A stretch of DNA of 64,000 nucleotides from assembly GCA_965153285.1 (NCBI GenBank), contig OZ229118.1; one strand, given 5' to 3'. Both the position numbers and the translations under genes were made by a program. The DNA is from Podarcis tiliguerta. Its lineage: Eukaryota. Shown in pieces: positions 62,086-64,000 of this stretch (the stretch's first letter is position 1; each line of letters opens with the position of its first letter). The notes beneath the pieces are model-generated. The model did not search any database. It worked only from the letters and a program-made list of their open reading frames with translations, and was not told where the DNA came from.

Positions 62086-64000
62086 TGTTGGGAGCAGTAA
62101 TGAGTTAGACTGCTGTGCCTCGGCTCTAAAGGGGAGGGATTTCCTGGGACGTCTGCCAGGAAATGACGTGAGCAGACTGGAATGTTCTTTGTGTGCAGAG
62201 AAAGCGAAAGTGTCAGTGTGTAAGCAGTCAGCTCGGTGAGAGGAGCTGGCAGAGATGCAGCTGAACTCTGATGGATTTTTGCCAATGTTATCGAAGCAAT
62301 AAAAGACTTTAAGGAAAGAATCTGCCTTCGTTTAATTTAAGCCTTTATCACACGTATGCTGCGCTTATTCTGCTAAGGTGTTTTACTGCTGTAGGAGTGA
62401 AGCAGAGTTCACGCAACGGAAGCGTGTCGGACTGAGTAGCCATAAATCAATCTGGGAAGATTTACTGGCAGCACCGGACTAATTATCCTAACAAGGTTAT
62501 GGACTTCAGCACGTGTGGAAAAAGGCTTTGAAGCTGCGGAGGGCTGAGATCGCGTGTCAGATCTTCAAAGGCACAGCGGAGAGACTCAGACACAAGGAGC
62601 CAACAGCCCCACAGACTCCCGGTTTTGGCTGAGTGAGTATAAGCCTACAGAAGGGAAGGGCCATGGCTCAGGCAGCTTCAGAAAACTTTAATATCCCCTT
62701 TGAGAGACTGAGTGAGTAGAAAGGGGCTGAGAAGGGCAGAAGATGGCTCTGAAGCACAGTTTTGGCTGTGAGCCTTTGCCATGTCAGAAGCTCACCCCCA
62801 GCACGTGGCTGGCGTGGAGCTTTCATGTGGAGCTTTCCCTAGTGGGGGCAGGTTTGTGGGGTGTTGTCCAGAAACCCCAGAAGGCAGCAGAGAGCACAGA
62901 GGTGCAGAAAGAAGAAGAGCAGCGTGTGCTAGCGTTTCTAGCAGAAAACGTCGACGTACACCTGTTACCCCTGGTACAAGAGGCTAGAAGGCCTAGTGCA
63001 GCGTGGCGAGCACTCCAAGAAGCTTGTGAAGCAGGAGTGGGCCGAGACGTGGCCGCTGCGACGCCAGAAGGGGCAGAGAGCCAAGATGGCGCCGAGAGCC
63101 CAGCTGAGAGCAGCTGGGAGAAGCTCCCAAGAGAGGGGGGCAGTAGAGCTGCTGTGGTTGCTGCAGAGAGCTGCTTTGATGCTGAGATGTGTCTGTCTGA
63201 GAAGCCTGGAGAGGGGCCAAGCTTGGAGAACCCCAGACCCACCAGACCCACCAGAGGGGGTGCAGGTTATCGACCTGGGAGCCCCGGTGCTGAGAGTGGG
63301 GAGAGTGGGGGAGCAGAGGAAAGCAACAGCGCAGAGAAGCCTCTTTCTCCAAAGGCTACTACTAGCTGTTTACGTGAAGGAGCACAGAAATCTTCCCGTG
63401 GGAAGCCGTCTACAGTGGAAGCCTTCAAGGTCGGACATCTGGCGAAAGGACAGATAAGGGCCCTGGACTTGCGTGAGAGAAGTCCAGTCTCCATGGCAAC
63501 TGAGAGAGTTGCAACAAAGGCTACAGTGAAGAAAGTCAACACAGGCCTCAGTCAAGGGGGCAGTGAGAGGGGGGTTGTTGCTATGGCGACGCAGAAGTGT
63601 GAACACAACAATCCTCTAGACATCGTCATTGACAGTGGCGCCACCCACACTCTCGTACCGTCGCCTAATCTCTTGCGGGATCGCAAGAGGGTAGAGACTG
63701 ACAAGTTCTGCGTAGTGGCGGATGGTTCGAGAACAAAATTGACTGAGACTGGATTGTTTTACTGTCCTTTTCTTAAGCATGAAGTTAAGGCTTTTGCAGT
63801 GCCTGGTTTGACCAATTGTCTGTTAAGTGTACATGATTTGCTAACAGAGGGCTTTCAAGTTTCTTTTGCAGGTGACAAGTGCGAATTCTACAAGGATGGC
63901 AAACATGTCTATACAGTGCATGCCAAAGACAATTTGTTTACTGTTAACCTGTCTTTGTCCACAGGAGAAGAAGACGCAGAGGACGCCAAGGGGCAATGTG
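62086..64000 (+). mobile_element. Ty1/copia LTR retrotransposon: 5' LTR (62086-62493), PBS and internal region (runs off the window)
   Basis: TGTTGGGA...TCCTAACA LTR containing AATAAA, followed by A-GGTTATGGACTTCAG, which resembles the copia half-tRNAiMet PBS GGTTATGGGCCCAG. A gag-protease frame follows. Confidence 0.88.
62743..64000 (+). CDS. Copia-type gag-pol polyprotein, N-terminal part (open to the window end, so absent from the ORF track)
   Basis: ATG at 62743: MALKHSFGCEPLPCQKLTPSTWLAWSFHVELSLVGAGLWGVVQ (copia gag N-terminal pattern), AAWRAL, then aspartic protease IVIDSGATH, VADGS and VPGLTNCLLSV. I translated it by hand and found no stop in about 419 codons. Confidence 0.85.
   Translation, partial: MALKHSFGCEPLPCQKLTPSTWLAWSFHVELSLVGAGLWGVVQKPQKAAESTEVQKEEEQRVLAFLAENVDVHLLPLVQEARRPSAAWRALQEACEAGVGRDVAAATPEGAESQDGAESPAESSWEKLPREGGSRAAVVAAESCFDAEMCLSEKPGEGPSLENPRPTRPTRGGAGYRPGSPGAESGESGGAEESNSAEKPLSPKATTSCLREGAQKSSRGKPSTVEAFKVGHLAKGQIRALDLRERSPVSMATERVATKATVKKVNTGLSQGGSERGVVAMATQKCEHNNPLDIVIDSGATHTLVPSPNLLRDRKRVETDKFCVVADGSRTKLTETGLFYCPFLKHEVKAFAVPGLTNCLLSVHDLLTEGFQVSFAGDKCEFYKDGKHVYTVHAKDNLFTVNLSLSTGEEDAEDAKGQC

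Overview
This is vertebrate, repeat-rich, mostly non-coding DNA. The repeat set (Sauria/Squam1 SINEs, Squam3-type SINEs, BovB, CR1, L2) points to a squamate, most likely a lacertid lizard (inference). It reads like a large intron or gene desert. No complete host gene is present; there is one plausible + strand exon (14044-14129) and several unique blocks that look like conserved enhancers. Coding-grade sequence is limited to four items: (1) an uninterrupted Rex1/Babar-clade reverse transcriptase running in from the left edge; (2) a Ty1/copia element at the right edge with 5' LTR, copia-type PBS and an open but remodelled gag-protease frame; (3) an intronless mid-mRNA fragment of ULK2 embedded in an old L2; (4) three solo LTRs whose U3 carries an acidic-then-basic reading frame starting in the same register at LTR base 2, one of them open for 210 codons. 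The rest is nested SINEs, LINE ends, hAT and Tc1/pogo MITEs, and a 134-N gap. Most short ORFs in the supplied track are chance ORFs. All family names come from motif recognition by eye, not from database searches.
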